A DNA stretch of 24,267 nucleotides, from IMG/VR virus record IMGVR_UViG_3300008448_006093, positions 1 to 24,267 of that record. One strand, written 5' to 3'. The DNA is from a virus (Duplodnaviria > Caudoviricetes). The notes beneath the pieces are model-generated. The model had not been told where the DNA came from. It did no database searches and saw only the letters and a program-made list of their open reading frames with translations. The position numbers and the translations under genes are program-made. Shown in pieces: positions 23,487-24,267 of this stretch (position 1 is its first letter; each line of letters begins with the position of its first letter).

Positions 23487-23777
23487 TTGGGATATTGCAA
23501 ACTTGTGATCTAATCCAACTTGGGGTATTGCAATTTCGTTGTTTATTGAAAAATTTTTAATTTCAAATATTGGGTTATTTCGTGCCACTGGTACCAGCTT
23601 TAAGTTGTGTTCTTTATTTAGATCTAGATTTACTAATATTTCTTCTTGACGATATTCTTTGCCGTTGGGATGATTCCAGGTACGTTCTGTAATAAGATCA
23701 TCGTTGACATAGATCCTATAAGTAGGTTCAATTTGATACCAGCGGCAATACAAGTCAAAATTTAGTTTAGTAACCAT
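23484..23777 (-). CDS. hypothetical beta-rich protein
   Basis: 97 aa; PTYRIYVNDDLITERTW. Confidence 0.7.
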   Translation of the reverse strand: MVTKLNFDLYCRWYQIEPTYRIYVNDDLITERTWNHPNGKEYRQEEILVNLDLNKEHNLKLVPVARNNPIFEIKNFSINNEIAIPQVGLDHKFAISQ

Positions 23778-23778
23778 C

Positions 23779-24267
23779 TTATTTTTTCTTAAACAAATGA
23801 TATGCTTTCATCATGTTTTTTAGGGTGTTACCATCGACATCGTTTTGATCGCCTGTTGTGGCCATTACATATCTAGGGTCATTTCCATCTTTGACTACGC
23901 CTACACCTGCGGCTTCTTCTTTTAGATTGCCTTCGTCTTTGGCACGTTGTAAGAACGCAAGTCTATCGCTGACACCTTTAATACCAGGTTTGATATTTGC
24001 GGCATCTGCTCTGTCACCATAACTGGCTTTTTTCAAATGCTTTAGCGTGGTTTGTGCCTGATGACTTTGTGGATTGCTTTCGGTCATGTTGCCTAAAATT
24101 TGTTCAACATGCTTGATCCAACCGCTCACATCACTGCTGCCAATTTCGTCAACATCACCTACAAAATCTGCAACTTCTTCAATTGCAGACATGACCTTTA
24201 CTGGACCGTACTTGCTTAACAAGTCTGCACGTTGCATCAGGATTCTACGTGTAATAGCACTAGACAC
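23779..24267 (-). CDS. hypothetical protein, 5'-truncated by the window edge
   Basis: The frame is open to the window end. Confidence 0.65.
   Translation of the reverse strand: MSSAITRRILMQRADLLSKYGPVKVMSAIEEVADFVGDVDEIGSSDVSGWIKHVEQILGNMTESNPQSHQAQTTLKHLKKASYGDRADAANIKPGIKGVSDRLAFLQRAKDEGNLKEEAAGVGVVKDGNDPRYVMATTGDQNDVDGNTLKNMMKAYHLFKKK

Noticed and set aside
1-24267. tRNA genes, integrase/transposase, alternative genetic code
   Set aside because: No cloverleaf or T-loop motif was seen in the few short intergenic gaps; no recombinase motifs were seen; conserved genes are intact under code 11.

Overview
This is a 24-kb segment of a large, T4-superfamily-like tailed dsDNA phage. About 45 genes are tightly packed on the minus strand, many joined by ATGA/TAATG overlaps, and there are both sigma70-type promoters and T4-late-type TAAATA promoters. 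In transcription order (right to left) the window holds: putative head-packaged proteins; DsbA; a family-B DNA polymerase; a methyltransferase; a sliding clamp; a sulfotransferase-like protein; a TGT/DpdA-family transglycosylase; an apparent cysteine-less QueE-like protein; a DpdL-type T-fold protein; a GT-B glycosyltransferase; an Hc1 histone-like protein; a nucleotide-sugar block (methyltransferase, GalE, cupin, HAD, HldC, HldA, HldD, mini DegT aminotransferase); FolE; QueD; a MazG-like protein; QueE; and a truncated SGNH hydrolase. Three observations stand out. (1) A 7-deazaguanine DNA-modification pathway (FolE/QueD/QueE/DpdL/DpdA, with no QueC in the window) surrounds a glycosyltransferase and an ADP-heptose-type sugar pathway, suggesting a possible glycosylated deazaguanine base. 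(2) The queD leader can fold into an H-type pseudoknot resembling a preQ1-I riboswitch aptamer, followed by an SD-sequestering hairpin; a smaller related pseudoknot precedes folE. These are candidate phage-encoded riboswitches. (3) The DNA polymerase leader is structured and resembles the T4 gene 43 translational operator. All calls come from motif recognition by eye; no database searches were run.
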